A DNA stretch of 64,000 bases from Anaerolineae bacterium (GTDB taxonomy: Bacteria; Chloroflexota; Anaerolineae; DTLA01): assembly GCA_034436295.1 (NCBI GenBank), contig DAOTVT010000071.1, positions 1,208 through 65,207 on the forward strand. The letters are read 5' to 3'. The position numbers were made by a program, and so were the translations under genes. Below the pieces are notes generated by a model that did not search any database, had not been told where the DNA came from, and saw only the letters and a list, made by a program, of their open reading frames with translations. This document shows positions 31,932-40,652 of the stretch, in pieces (position 1 is the first letter of the stretch; each line of letters begins with the position of its first letter).

Positions 31932-32205
31932 TTTCTCACACAGAGGCACAAAGGCACAGGGGAAAACCCTTTGTGTCTTGGTGTCTTTGTGTGCGGATTG
32001 ATTCTCACACGAAGACACAAAGACACAGAGAAAATTCTTTGTGTCTTGGTGTCTTTGTGTGCGGATTGATTCTCACACAGAGGCACAAAGGCACAGGGAA
32101 AACCCCTTTGTGTCTTGGTGTCTTTGTGTGCGGATTGATTCTCACACCAAGACACAAAGACACGGAGAAAATTCTTTGTGTCTCCGTGTCTTTGTGTGGC
32201 CTCCC
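31932..32205. repeat. second tandem array (~4 units) of the same ~68-bp hairpin repeat
   Basis: Same unit family as 31176..31528 with minor variants (CACAGAGGCACAAAGGCACAGGG). Confidence 0.9.
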
Positions 32206-32208
32206 GCT

Positions 32209-33390
32209 CTACGCCTTGAGCCGGAGGAAGCGGCGCTTGCCCACCTGGAGAATGGCCTCGCGCGGCTCCACCAGGCGGTCCACGCTGTCCACCGTGGCAT
32301 CGTCCAGCCGCACGCCGCCTTGCTGGATGAGCCGCCGCGCCTCGCTCTTGCTGCCGGCCACCCCGGCCTGCACCATCAGGTCCACGATGTTGATTCCGCC
32401 CGCGGGCACGGCGAACTCCGGCATGTCCGTCGGCAGTTCGCGGCGCTGGAACACGCGCACGAATTCCTCCTCGGCGCGGGCGGCGGCCTCCGGCGAGTGG
32501 ATGTAGCCCACTACCTCGCGGGCCAGGCGCATCTTCACGTCGCGCGGGTTGACCGTCCCCGCGCGCAGGTCGGTGGCGATCTGCTCCAGTTCCTCGTCCG
32601 GGATGTCCGTAACCAGCGTCAGGTAGTCCATCAGCATCTCGTCGGAGATGGACATGAGTTTGCCGTACATCTGATCGGGCGGCATGCTCAGGTCCACGGT
32701 GTTGCCGAAGGTCTTGCTCATCTTGCGGCCGTCGGTGCCGGGGAGCAGGGGCACCAGGAACACATCCTGGGGCCGCTGGCCGAGCATGGCCTGGAGTTCG
32801 CGCCCGGCCAGGATGTTGAACTTCTGGTCGGTGCCCCCGAACTCCACGTCGGCCTCAATGGCGATGGAATCGTAGGCCTGGAGAAGCGGGTACATGAGTT
32901 CCATGAGCGTCAGCGGCGACCCGCTCTCCCAGCGCTTGCGGAACGTCTCGTGGGCCATCATCTGGGCCAGCGTGAAGCGGCTGGTGAGGTTGAACACGTC
33001 GGCCAGGGTGAACTTGCCAAACCACTCGCTCTGCCAGCGCACCTCGGTGCGGCGACGATCCACGATTTTGAAGAACTGATCCATGTAGGTCTGGGCGTTG
33101 GTTCGCACCTCTTGGGGCGTGAGCATGGTGCGCGACTCGTCGCGGCCCGATGGGTCGCCGATTTGGGCCGTCCAGTCGCCGACGATGAGGATGACCTGAT
33201 GCCCCAGGTCCTGGAGTTGGCGGAGTTTGCGCAGGCCCACGGCGTGGCCGATGTGCAGGTCGGGCTTGCTGGGGTCAAACCCCTGCTTCAGGCGCAGCGG
33301 CCTGCCCGAGCGCAGTTTCTGCAGCAGTTCCTCCTTGACGATGATTTCTGCGACGCCGCGTGTGAGGATCCATTCCAGATTGTCGCGCAT
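32209..33390 (-). CDS. tyrS: tyrosine--tRNA ligase
   Basis: HIGH motif (PDLHIGHAVG), KMSKT motif, and a C-terminal S4 domain. Start placed at MRDNLEWIL. Confidence 0.9.
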   Translation of the reverse strand: MRDNLEWILTRGVAEIIVKEELLQKLRSGRPLRLKQGFDPSKPDLHIGHAVGLRKLRQLQDLGHQVILIVGDWTAQIGDPSGRDESRTMLTPQEVRTNAQTYMDQFFKIVDRRRTEVRWQSEWFGKFTLADVFNLTSRFTLAQMMAHETFRKRWESGSPLTLMELMYPLLQAYDSIAIEADVEFGGTDQKFNILAGRELQAMLGQRPQDVFLVPLLPGTDGRKMSKTFGNTVDLSMPPDQMYGKLMSISDEMLMDYLTLVTDIPDEELEQIATDLRAGTVNPRDVKMRLAREVVGYIHSPEAAARAEEEFVRVFQRRELPTDMPEFAVPAGGINIVDLMVQAGVAGSKSEARRLIQQGGVRLDDATVDSVDRLVEPREAILQVGKRRFLRLKA

Positions 33391-33574
33391 GGTTCCATCT
33401 CCTCGCCAGGGTTGGGTTCGGCAGGACGGCAACGCGCCAGCCCGATGGCTTCATTATAACGACGGGCGCGGGTTTGAGCAAGAGGCCGTCCTCCGCGCTT
33501 GTGATCTGTTCGCGGGTGCGGTATAATACGTATGGTCGGAATTGTCCTTTGCATTGAAACGTCGGGAGGAGAGC

Positions 33575-34627
33575 GTGTCCAAAGATGACATTTTGGCGCA
33601 GAGGCGGCCGGTAACCATCAAAGATGTGGCGCGCCTCGCGGGGGTTTCCCCCAAGACCGTGTCCAACGTGGTGAACAATCGCCCCGTGGTGAAGCCCGCA
33701 ACCCGCCAGCGGGTGCTGGATGCGATTCGCGCGCTGGACTACCATCCGAGCGCCCTGGCGCGGGGGATGGTAACCCGTAGCCGTCGCCTCATCGGCCTGG
33801 TGCTGGCCGACATCACCAACCCCGCATATCCCGAAATGGTGGAAGGGGTGGCGAGTCTGGCGCGCCAGGCCGGCTTCATGGTCATGCTGTGCAACACGGG
33901 GCGCGATCCGGATGAGGAGCAGCGCTACGTGCACCTGCTCATTGAGCAGCGGGTGGATGGGGTGATAATCGCCAGCAGCCGCATGGACAGCCAGGCCGCC
34001 GAGATGCTGACATCGGCGGGCATCAAGGTGGTGCTGTTCAACCGCCACCCGCAGCAATACTCGGTGAGTTTCGTGGGCGTGGACAACGAGGGCGGCGGCT
34101 ATCTGGCGACGCGGCATCTGCTGGACCTGGGCCATCGGCGGATTGCCTTCATTCGCGGGACGCGCGGGGCGTCCACGAGCATTGAGCGGGAGCAGGGCTA
34201 TCGTCGGGCGCTGGCCGAGTACGGGATTGAGCCGGATCCGGAACTCATCGGCTGGGGCGACTATCACCCCGAGGTGGCCCGGACCGCCGCCGACCTGCTG
34301 CTGCGGATGAAGAATCGGCCGACGGCGGTGTTTGCGGCCAACGACGTGATGGCGCTGAGCGTGATTGATGCGGCCACGTCGCTGGGCCTTCGCGTGCCCG
34401 AGGACCTGGCCGTGATGGGGTTTGACGACATTGCCATCGCGTCGCACCGGCTCATCGGCCTGTCCACCATCCACGGCGACCTGGGCCAGTTGTCGCGCGA
34501 GGCGACGACGCTGCTGCTGGAGGCCATCAACGGCAACCTGACCGAGCCGGTGCGCAAAATCCTGCCAGTGTATCTGGTGGTGCGGCGGACCTGCGGGGCG
34601 CAGAGGCTAACCGCTATCCACGAATAA
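33575..34627 (+). CDS. LacI-family transcriptional regulator
   Basis: N-terminal HTH (VTIKDVARLAGVSPKTVSNVVN) plus periplasmic-binding-protein-like sugar-binding core. Start placed at GTG after a GGGAGGAG RBS. Confidence 0.85.
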   Translation: MSKDDILAQRRPVTIKDVARLAGVSPKTVSNVVNNRPVVKPATRQRVLDAIRALDYHPSALARGMVTRSRRLIGLVLADITNPAYPEMVEGVASLARQAGFMVMLCNTGRDPDEEQRYVHLLIEQRVDGVIIASSRMDSQAAEMLTSAGIKVVLFNRHPQQYSVSFVGVDNEGGGYLATRHLLDLGHRRIAFIRGTRGASTSIEREQGYRRALAEYGIEPDPELIGWGDYHPEVARTAADLLLRMKNRPTAVFAANDVMALSVIDAATSLGLRVPEDLAVMGFDDIAIASHRLIGLSTIHGDLGQLSREATTLLLEAINGNLTEPVRKILPVYLVVRRTCGAQRLTAIHE

Positions 34628-34690
34628 CACGAATCCACACGAATGGGGAATAGTAGTAGGGCGGCTTTCCATAGCCGCCGACGGCAAGAG
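34605..34690. repeat. dispersed repeat units (families D and C, inverted orientation)
   Basis: GCTAACCGCTATCCACGAATAACACGAATCCACACGAATGG and GGGCGGCTTTCCATAGCCGCC. Confidence 0.7.
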
Positions 34691-34696
34691 GATGCC

Positions 34697-35674
34697 ATGA
34701 GGGCCACCGCAACCGCAGGCTCCAACATCGCCATCGTCAAATACTGGGGCGCACGGGATTTGGCGCTGAACCTGCCCGCCAACGGCAGCATCTCGCTGAC
34801 ACTGGACGCGGCCCGAACGACGACAACCGTGGATTTCGCCCCCGCCTACGAGGCCGACGCGCTCGTCCTCAACGGGCGCGAGGTGGGCGGCACGGCGCTG
34901 GCCCGCGTCTCGGCCCACTTGGACCGCCTGCGCGCGCTGGCCGGGGTCAACCTGCGCGCGCGGGTGGAGACCGCCAACACCTTCCCCGAAGGGTCGGGCA
35001 TCGCCTCGTCGGCGTCGGGGTTTGCGGCCCTCACGGTCGCCGCGGCTGCCGCGCTGGGCCTGCGCCTGTCGGAGCGGGAACTGAGCCGATTGGCGCGGCT
35101 TGGGTCGGGGTCGGCCTGCCGCTCCATCATCGGCGGGTGGGCCGAGTGGCTGGCGGGCACCTGCGACGAGGACTCGTATGCCGTGCAGGTCGCGCCGCCG
35201 GAGCATTGGAATGTGCGCGATCTGGTGGCAGTCATCAGCGCCGAGCCGAAGGCGGTGCCCTCGGCGAAGGGGCACGAGCGGGCCGCGTCCAGCCCGCTGT
35301 TTGAGGCGCGGCTACGCCAGGTGGAGGAGGCGTTGCCGGCCGTCCGCCGCGCCATCCTGGAGCGCGACTTCCACGCGCTGGGCGTCCTGGCCGAAGCCGA
35401 CGCCCTGTCCATGCACGCGATTATGCTCACTTCGGCGCCGCCCCTGCTCTACTGGCTGCCTGCCACGGTGGAACTCATCCGCCAGGTGTGGCAGTGGCGG
35501 TTGGAGGGGCTGCCGTGCTACTTCACCATAGACGCCGGCCCGAATGTGCACGTTCTGACCCTGCCGCAGGCCGTCGCGCACGTGGCGGAGCGGCTGCGGG
35601 CGCTGCCGTTTGTGCGGCAGGTTATCCCCTGCGGGCCAGGGCCGGCCCCGCGCGTCATCCCTAGCGGTGCCTGA
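34697..35674 (+). CDS. diphosphomevalonate (or phosphomevalonate) decarboxylase, GHMP kinase family
   Basis: NIAIVKYWG motif, the GHMP ATP-binding loop PEGSGIASSASG, and ~325 aa length. Confidence 0.8.
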   Translation: MRATATAGSNIAIVKYWGARDLALNLPANGSISLTLDAARTTTTVDFAPAYEADALVLNGREVGGTALARVSAHLDRLRALAGVNLRARVETANTFPEGSGIASSASGFAALTVAAAAALGLRLSERELSRLARLGSGSACRSIIGGWAEWLAGTCDEDSYAVQVAPPEHWNVRDLVAVISAEPKAVPSAKGHERAASSPLFEARLRQVEEALPAVRRAILERDFHALGVLAEADALSMHAIMLTSAPPLLYWLPATVELIRQVWQWRLEGLPCYFTIDAGPNVHVLTLPQAVAHVAERLRALPFVRQVIPCGPGPAPRVIPSGA

Positions 35675-36809
35675 ACTGGTACGCGCGCCCCTTCCACACC
35701 GTGCCCGCGCCGAACAGCGACGACGCGATGGAGTTGAGGCAGAACAGCGCCGCCATGATGACGGTTAGCCCCACCAGCATGGCGTAGCGCCGAGGAATCG
35801 CGAACCGCCCGTCTATGAACCACATGGCCACCCACGCGAGGATGATCTGCGTGAGGGGGAGCGAGAAGTGCGCCAGGTCGGTCAGCCCGGTGCGCCAGGC
35901 CTGGTACACCAGCGCGTAGGGCCACAGGAACAGCGCCAAGAAGGCGGTGATGGCGGCCAGCGTGCCCACGAGCGAGTAGTCAAGGGCGGCGAAGGCGCTC
36001 TTGCTCAGCCCGTTCCACGTCTCGCGGAAGCCGTTGTAGAAATCCACGCGCAGGGTGTCCACGCCGTCGGCTAGGGCGATGCGCCCGCCCACGCGCTTGA
36101 CCCAGCGCGCGATGAACACGTCTTCCACGATGTCGCTGCGCACCGCCTCGTGGCCGCCGAAACGCTCGTAGGTCTCGCGGCGGAACAGCATGAACGGCCC
36201 GATGGCCCCCGCCAGGACGGGCTGGCGCGTCCGAGTGAACACGAAGTGCGGCACGCACCCCACGAACACCAGGGGAATCACCGACATCATCACCCGCTCC
36301 CAGAACCCCTTGAGGCCCATGTCGGGGATGAGGCTCAGGAGGTCCAGGTTGCGCCCGCGCACCATCGCCAGCGCCGACGAGACCGAGTCGGGGCGATGGC
36401 GGGTGTCGGCGTCGGCGAACAGGAGCCACTGGCCGCGCGCCGCCTGGGCCAACTGGTGGCAGGCCCACGCCTTGCCGTGCCAGCCGGGTTGCAGGGGCTG
36501 GCCGCGCAGGAGCCGAATGCGCCCGTCCCTTCGCGCCATTGTCTCCACGATGGCCGCCGTCGCGTCGGACGAATCGTCGTCCAGCACCAGTATCTCCAGG
36601 TTGGGGTAGTCCTGGGCCGCGAGGGATGCCAGGCACGCGCCGATGTTCCGCTCCTCGTTCCGCGCCGGCACCAGCACCGATACCAGCGGCGCGGGTTCGG
36701 GCAGCGGATCATCGCCAGGGAGGCGCGGCATGTAGCGCAGGTTGTACAGCGTGGTCAACAGGATGTAGAGCATGACGACGCTGGCGAACGCCTGATACCA
36801 CAGGAACAT
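35661..36809 (-). CDS. glycosyltransferase family 2 membrane protein
   Basis: VSVLVPARNEERNIG...LVLDDDSSD...FADADT GT2 signatures with a C-terminal TM region. Paralog of 61064..62221. Confidence 0.75.
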   Translation of the reverse strand: MFLWYQAFASVVMLYILLTTLYNLRYMPRLPGDDPLPEPAPLVSVLVPARNEERNIGACLASLAAQDYPNLEILVLDDDSSDATAAIVETMARRDGRIRLLRGQPLQPGWHGKAWACHQLAQAARGQWLLFADADTRHRPDSVSSALAMVRGRNLDLLSLIPDMGLKGFWERVMMSVIPLVFVGCVPHFVFTRTRQPVLAGAIGPFMLFRRETYERFGGHEAVRSDIVEDVFIARWVKRVGGRIALADGVDTLRVDFYNGFRETWNGLSKSAFAALDYSLVGTLAAITAFLALFLWPYALVYQAWRTGLTDLAHFSLPLTQIILAWVAMWFIDGRFAIPRRYAMLVGLTVIMAALFCLNSIASSLFGAGTVWKGRAYQFRHR

Positions 36810-36820
36810 GGCCGGGTCTC

Positions 36821-37459
36821 CTATCCGCGTCGTGCATGCTGGTTGCGCCGCTCGCGCACATGATCCAGCCCCTCAATCCACCCGCTCTTGGCGCGGATGG
36901 CTCGCTCGTGGGGCAGGTCTATGACCTTCTTGAGGCCGGCGATGCCCAGGAACAGCACGATGAACAGCAGCCCCTGGAGATTGTTGCCTTCCAGGAACGT
37001 GAGGATGGGGAGCGCGACCCCCGCCACGGTGAACGCCAGGTTGAAGTCGGGGATGAAGAAGCGGGCCACCAGGAACACGGCCCCCGCGCCCAGCACCGAG
37101 TAGGGCCACATCTGCAAGAGGAAGCCCGCCGCGGCTGCCAGACCCTTGCCCCCGCGCCATCCAAGCCACACGGGGAACCCATGCCCGAACATGACGGCGA
37201 ACCCCGTCAGGTAGAGCGCCATGTCGCTGGAGCCGAAGCGTCGCGCCACCCAATAGGCTGCCGCGCCCTTGGCCGCGTCCAGGAACCCCACCAGGAACCC
37301 GGGCCCGCGCCCTACGACGTACATCACGTTGCGCGACCCTACGTTCCCCTCGCCCTCATAGCGAATGTCCTTGCCCGTGAGGGCGCGCGTAACCAGATAG
37401 GCGAACGGGATGGAGCCGAGGAGATAGCCCGCGGCGATGACCAGGAGATCCGTCCACAT
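36821..37459 (-). CDS. PlsY-family acyl-phosphate:glycerol-3-phosphate acyltransferase-like protein
   Basis: LLGSIPFAYLV, GEGNVGSRN and FKGGKG-like (WRGGKGLA) motifs of PlsY/DUF205. Confidence 0.8.
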   Translation of the reverse strand: MWTDLLVIAAGYLLGSIPFAYLVTRALTGKDIRYEGEGNVGSRNVMYVVGRGPGFLVGFLDAAKGAAAYWVARRFGSSDMALYLTGFAVMFGHGFPVWLGWRGGKGLAAAAGFLLQMWPYSVLGAGAVFLVARFFIPDFNLAFTVAGVALPILTFLEGNNLQGLLFIVLFLGIAGLKKVIDLPHERAIRAKSGWIEGLDHVRERRNQHARRG

Positions 37460-37600
37460 GATTCCGTCCCTCCGCTGATGAGTTTGGCCTGGCGACTGTG
37501 GCTCTCAATATAGCAACACCGCGGAATAAGGCAAGTTGCGCCTGGGTGGAATCGCGCGCTGGCCCCGCGCAACCCGCCAGGCCGCTTCGGGGATTCGCGC

Positions 37601-38257
37601 CTAGGGCTTCTCCAACTCGCGGATTACATCGGCGGCGATCCAGCGCGCGGGTTTGGCGTCCATCTGGCCGATCTCGCGGGCGGTGTCCAGGGCGGCGCGG
37701 CGCAGGTTGGCGTTGCGCTTGCCCGCCTGCCGCAGCGCCCATGAGACCGCCTTCTTCACGAAGTTACGGCCATCGGTCGCGCCCGCCTTGATGACGGGGA
37801 ACAAGCGGATGAACGCCTCGTCGGGGGCCGCCTTGTCGTGCCAGGCCAGGCAGGCGATAAGGGCAAACGCGGCTCGGCGCACGAATTCCTCGTCGCGCCG
37901 CGCCCACTCGCCCACCTTCTGCCAGGCCAGGGGGCTTTTGTCAAACAGGTTCATGCACACCTGGTCGCACACATCCCACGAGTTGAAATCGGCGACCCAG
38001 GCTTCCATCTGGCTGTCGGTCAGTTGGGCGGGGTCGTCCACCATGGACGCGAGGATGCGGGCCTCGGGAATGCCCGTCTCCCACAGGGCCAGGGCGAGCG
38101 CATGATCCCTGCCGACAGTCTTGGCGATGCGGCGCATGTCGGGGACCGACACGCCCATGCGGGCGTCGGGCGTCATGCCGAAGCGGGCCATGCCCTCCAC
38201 GTTGTCGGGGTGGGCGTGGGACTGGAGCATGTGGAGCACGTCATGGACAGACGCCAT
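37601..38257 (-). CDS. DNA alkylation repair enzyme (AlkD-like HEAT-repeat glycosylase family)
   Basis: All-helical protein with the W/D-rich DNA-alkylation-repair signature (WVADFNSWDVCDQVC). Start placed at MASVHDVL. Confidence 0.7.
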   Translation of the reverse strand: MASVHDVLHMLQSHAHPDNVEGMARFGMTPDARMGVSVPDMRRIAKTVGRDHALALALWETGIPEARILASMVDDPAQLTDSQMEAWVADFNSWDVCDQVCMNLFDKSPLAWQKVGEWARRDEEFVRRAAFALIACLAWHDKAAPDEAFIRLFPVIKAGATDGRNFVKKAVSWALRQAGKRNANLRRAALDTAREIGQMDAKPARWIAADVIRELEKP

Positions 38258-38304
38258 GGTGGCCTCCTTCGGGGGCTGCGCGCGGGTCGCCCGCTGCGCC
38301 CCTC

Positions 38305-38664
38305 TCACGATTGCATCTCACGGAACAGGAACCACTGCCCCTTGCGGTCGTCCGGACCGCCAGGAGCGCGGTCGTAGTACAGGTCAAAGATGCGGCCCGC
38401 GTCGGTGCGCACGCGGAAGTAGAATCGGCCCACGCCCCAGGAGCCTCGCGCCGTGGCGGTGGCTGCGTGGCGCGGGCTCATGTTGCGGGCCATGCGTCCG
38501 CGGCGGGTGTAGTCGTGCCAGGCGGCGAGTTCCTCCGCGACGCGGTAGGATTCGCCGCGCCACACGAACCCTCTGGGGCAGTCGGGTTTCTTCTCTAGCG
38601 CGGGCGGCTCGTCAAAGACGACTTCTATCGGTTCGCCGATGAACCGCAGCGGTTTGACATCCAT
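38305..38664 (-). CDS. conserved hypothetical protein
   Basis: 120 aa; no assignable domain; coding periodicity and conservation-like composition. Confidence 0.5.
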   Translation of the reverse strand: MDVKPLRFIGEPIEVVFDEPPALEKKPDCPRGFVWRGESYRVAEELAAWHDYTRRGRMARNMSPRHAATATARGSWGVGRFYFRVRTDAGRIFDLYYDRAPGGPDDRKGQWFLFREMQS

Positions 38665-38754
38665 AAGCGCCTCACCGCCAAAGGGCACGCGCTCGGGCGC
38701 GGGTGCAGGTCACAGCAGGCTGCGGCCTTGTAGGCGCGGCGGGGCTGGCTGCGC

Positions 38755-39306
38755 TCACGCCTCGGCGACCACCGCGTTCATCTTCTCGTAGCACTCGCCG
38801 CAGATGCCGTGGGAAATGGCCGGCAGGCTGCGTCGTTGGAAAAGCCGCAGCCGTTGGATGGCTTCCTCTACCTCCACCCATTCGCCGCCCACGAAGAACT
38901 TCTTGCACCAGCCGCATGAGCGCAGCAATTCGTCGGACCGGTCGGCCTGGGGGTCTAGCAACAAAGGCGCTGGCCGCTCCTGTTCCAGGAGCGTGCGGGT
39001 GCGGAACTCCACCGCGCCGCCTTTCTGGCCGACGATGATCATCTCCAGAAACCGCCGTCGCCAGGGGGCGTCGCAGCGGAAGGTGAATTGGATGACGCGG
39101 CCCGCACGGGCCTTTTGCAAGAGCAGCCGATAGATTTCCTGCGTGGACAGGTCCGTGATGAAGTCCCAAAGTGGGCGATGGAGAACCTGTTCGGAAACGA
39201 CGCTCTCCCCGCCATTGGCTGTGGCGAACTGGTCCCAGTCTTCGCTCACGAAGACAATCTCGTCGTTCTCGTTGACCCTGTAGACGAGGTCTGGCGTTTC
39301 GGACAT
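38755..39306 (-). CDS. PAS-like sensor protein with C-terminal CxxC...SHGICxxC zinc-ribbon-like module
   Basis: GGGGAGGGG RBS; N-terminal PAS-like fold; C-terminus CGWCKK...EWVEVEEA...SHGICGEC shares its motif with the 44849..45484 product. Confidence 0.6.
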   Translation of the reverse strand: MSETPDLVYRVNENDEIVFVSEDWDQFATANGGESVVSEQVLHRPLWDFITDLSTQEIYRLLLQKARAGRVIQFTFRCDAPWRRRFLEMIIVGQKGGAVEFRTRTLLEQERPAPLLLDPQADRSDELLRSCGWCKKFFVGGEWVEVEEAIQRLRLFQRRSLPAISHGICGECYEKMNAVVAEA

Positions 39307-39514
39307 TGTCCCCTCCCCAAATGGAAATGCGCCACGGCCGGGCGGAAACGCATGACCATACCGCGTGGCTAGCATGTGCATTATACGTGTCGCCGACGCC
39401 CCCGGCAAGAAGGCTGGCCGCAAGGTTCGGGTTCGTCTTGCATCGGCGACGCGAGGTGCGACGCACCTTCCACAGTGCGCCGCACCTATCACGCGCACAG
39501 CGCCAGAGCGCCCG

Positions 39515-40159
39515 CTACCGCAGTTGTTTCCACACTTCCTGGACGAACAGGGGTTCGGGGTAGGCGCCCTCCACCGCGATGGTCTCGTTGATGACGGAGC
39601 GCGGCACGCCCTGCACCTGGTACTTGATGGCCAGGTCGGGGAACTCCATCGCCTCCACCATGTCGGCGCGGACGCGGTCGCTCTCCAGCGCCATCTGGAA
39701 CGCGAGCAGCACGGCTCGCGGGCAGTACGGTCAGGTGGGGGTTACGAACACCTGGATGTGCAGGTCTTGCTTCAGTTCCGCCAGGGCCTTCTTGGTGGCG
39801 TCCTTCAGCCCGCTCTCGCGCCGCGATACCATCATGATGCTTTCCACCAGCGACGAGAACTCGTACCCCGACGGGATGCCGTAGAAGCGGATGCCGTAGT
39901 CCTTCTCGCCGATGACCGCGATGGCGGGGATTCGCGCGATGTTGTACGGCGCGATCTTGTCCTTGTCGGCGACGAAGTCGTACACCTCAGCGGTGATCTT
40001 GTCCGAGAGTTCGGCCAGTTCCTCCACGATCTCGCGGGTTTCCTTGCAGAAGTCGCATTCAAAGTCCTGGGTTACCATGATGAGTTTCACGGGATGTACC
40101 AGTTTGGCCGCGAACTCCTTTTGCAGGTACTCGCGGTCTTTGGGTTGAATCATCGGCAT
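39515..40159 (-). CDS. thioredoxin-fold (glutaredoxin-like, two-domain) candidate selenoprotein with in-frame UGA at 39731..39733
   Basis: Track ORFs 39731..40159 and 39515..39712 are in the same frame, separated only by TGA. Reading through gives ...HIQVFVTPT-U-PYCPRAVLLA..., i.e. UxxC at the CxxC position of the second Trx-like half. The first half has CDFC. GAGGAGGG RBS sits before the ATG at 40159. A 7-bp hairpin (CGCGAGC-CGUGCU-GCUCGCG) lies 10 nt downstream of the UGA. Confidence 0.6.
39701..39720 (-). promoter_or_regulatory. candidate bacterial SECIS hairpin
   Basis: Perfect 7-bp stem with a 6-nt loop starting 10 nt 3' of the in-frame UGA. Confidence 0.35.
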
Positions 40160-40238
40160 GTGTTGCCCTCCTCACAGAATGTTGTGGGCGCAGAAACACG
40201 GGGAGTTGGAGATTCCCCGTGTTCCTGCGCGGGTTGCG

Positions 40239-40652
40239 TCATTTGGTCGCGATGCTAATCTTGCGCGGCTTGAGTTCCGGCGCCTTGGGCAGGGTGATCT
40301 TCAGGATGCCGTCCTCGTAGTGGGCCTCAATGTTCTGGGCGTCCACCTCCATGGGGATTTGGATGACACGGCGGTAGGTGCCGCTGGTGCGTTCGCAGCA
40401 CAGGTAGTCGGCCTCCTCGGGATACGCCTTGCGCTCGGCGCGCAGGGTGAGGGTGTCGCCCTCCAGCGTAACGTCAATGGAGTCGCGGTCCACGCCGGGG
40501 AGGTCCGCGTAGATGACCAGTCGGTCGCCCAGGTCAAAGATGTCCACCGGCGGCGCCCAGGTGCGCTCCTCGGGTTCTTCGCCCCAGGGTTCGCCGAACT
40601 CGCCCCAGGGGCCTCGCCGCGCCCATCGCGGTCGGAACAACGGGTACCACAT
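40239..40652 (-). CDS. Hsp20/alpha-crystallin family small heat shock protein
   Basis: Alpha-crystallin domain (PPVDIFDLGDRLVIYADLPGV...AHYEDGILKITLPK). Confidence 0.9.
   Translation of the reverse strand: MWYPLFRPRWARRGPWGEFGEPWGEEPEERTWAPPVDIFDLGDRLVIYADLPGVDRDSIDVTLEGDTLTLRAERKAYPEEADYLCCERTSGTYRRVIQIPMEVDAQNIEAHYEDGILKITLPKAPELKPRKISIATK

Noticed and set aside
31176-32205. Possible CRISPR array
   Set aside because: Units are contiguous with no unique spacers. The apparent spacer is just the hairpin loop, and each unit is an internal palindrome. No cas genes nearby.
30898-32506. Family of short ORFs translating to MSLCENQSAHKDTETQ... or LTQRHKDTE... (e.g. 30898..31470, 31216..31521, 31356..31682, 31866..32069, 31916..32155, 31973..32506)
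   Set aside because: They are translations of the 68-bp tandem hairpin repeat in different frames and strands, not genes.
33391-33541. T-box leader upstream of tyrS
   Set aside because: Only ~150 nt of intergenic sequence shared with the divergent LacI-family gene; no AGGGUGGNACCGCG motif present.
39365-40258. 297-aa plus-strand ORF covering the thioredoxin-fold locus
   Set aside because: Antisense to the two in-frame Trx-like ORF segments that carry recognisable CxxC/UxxC motifs and a strong RBS.
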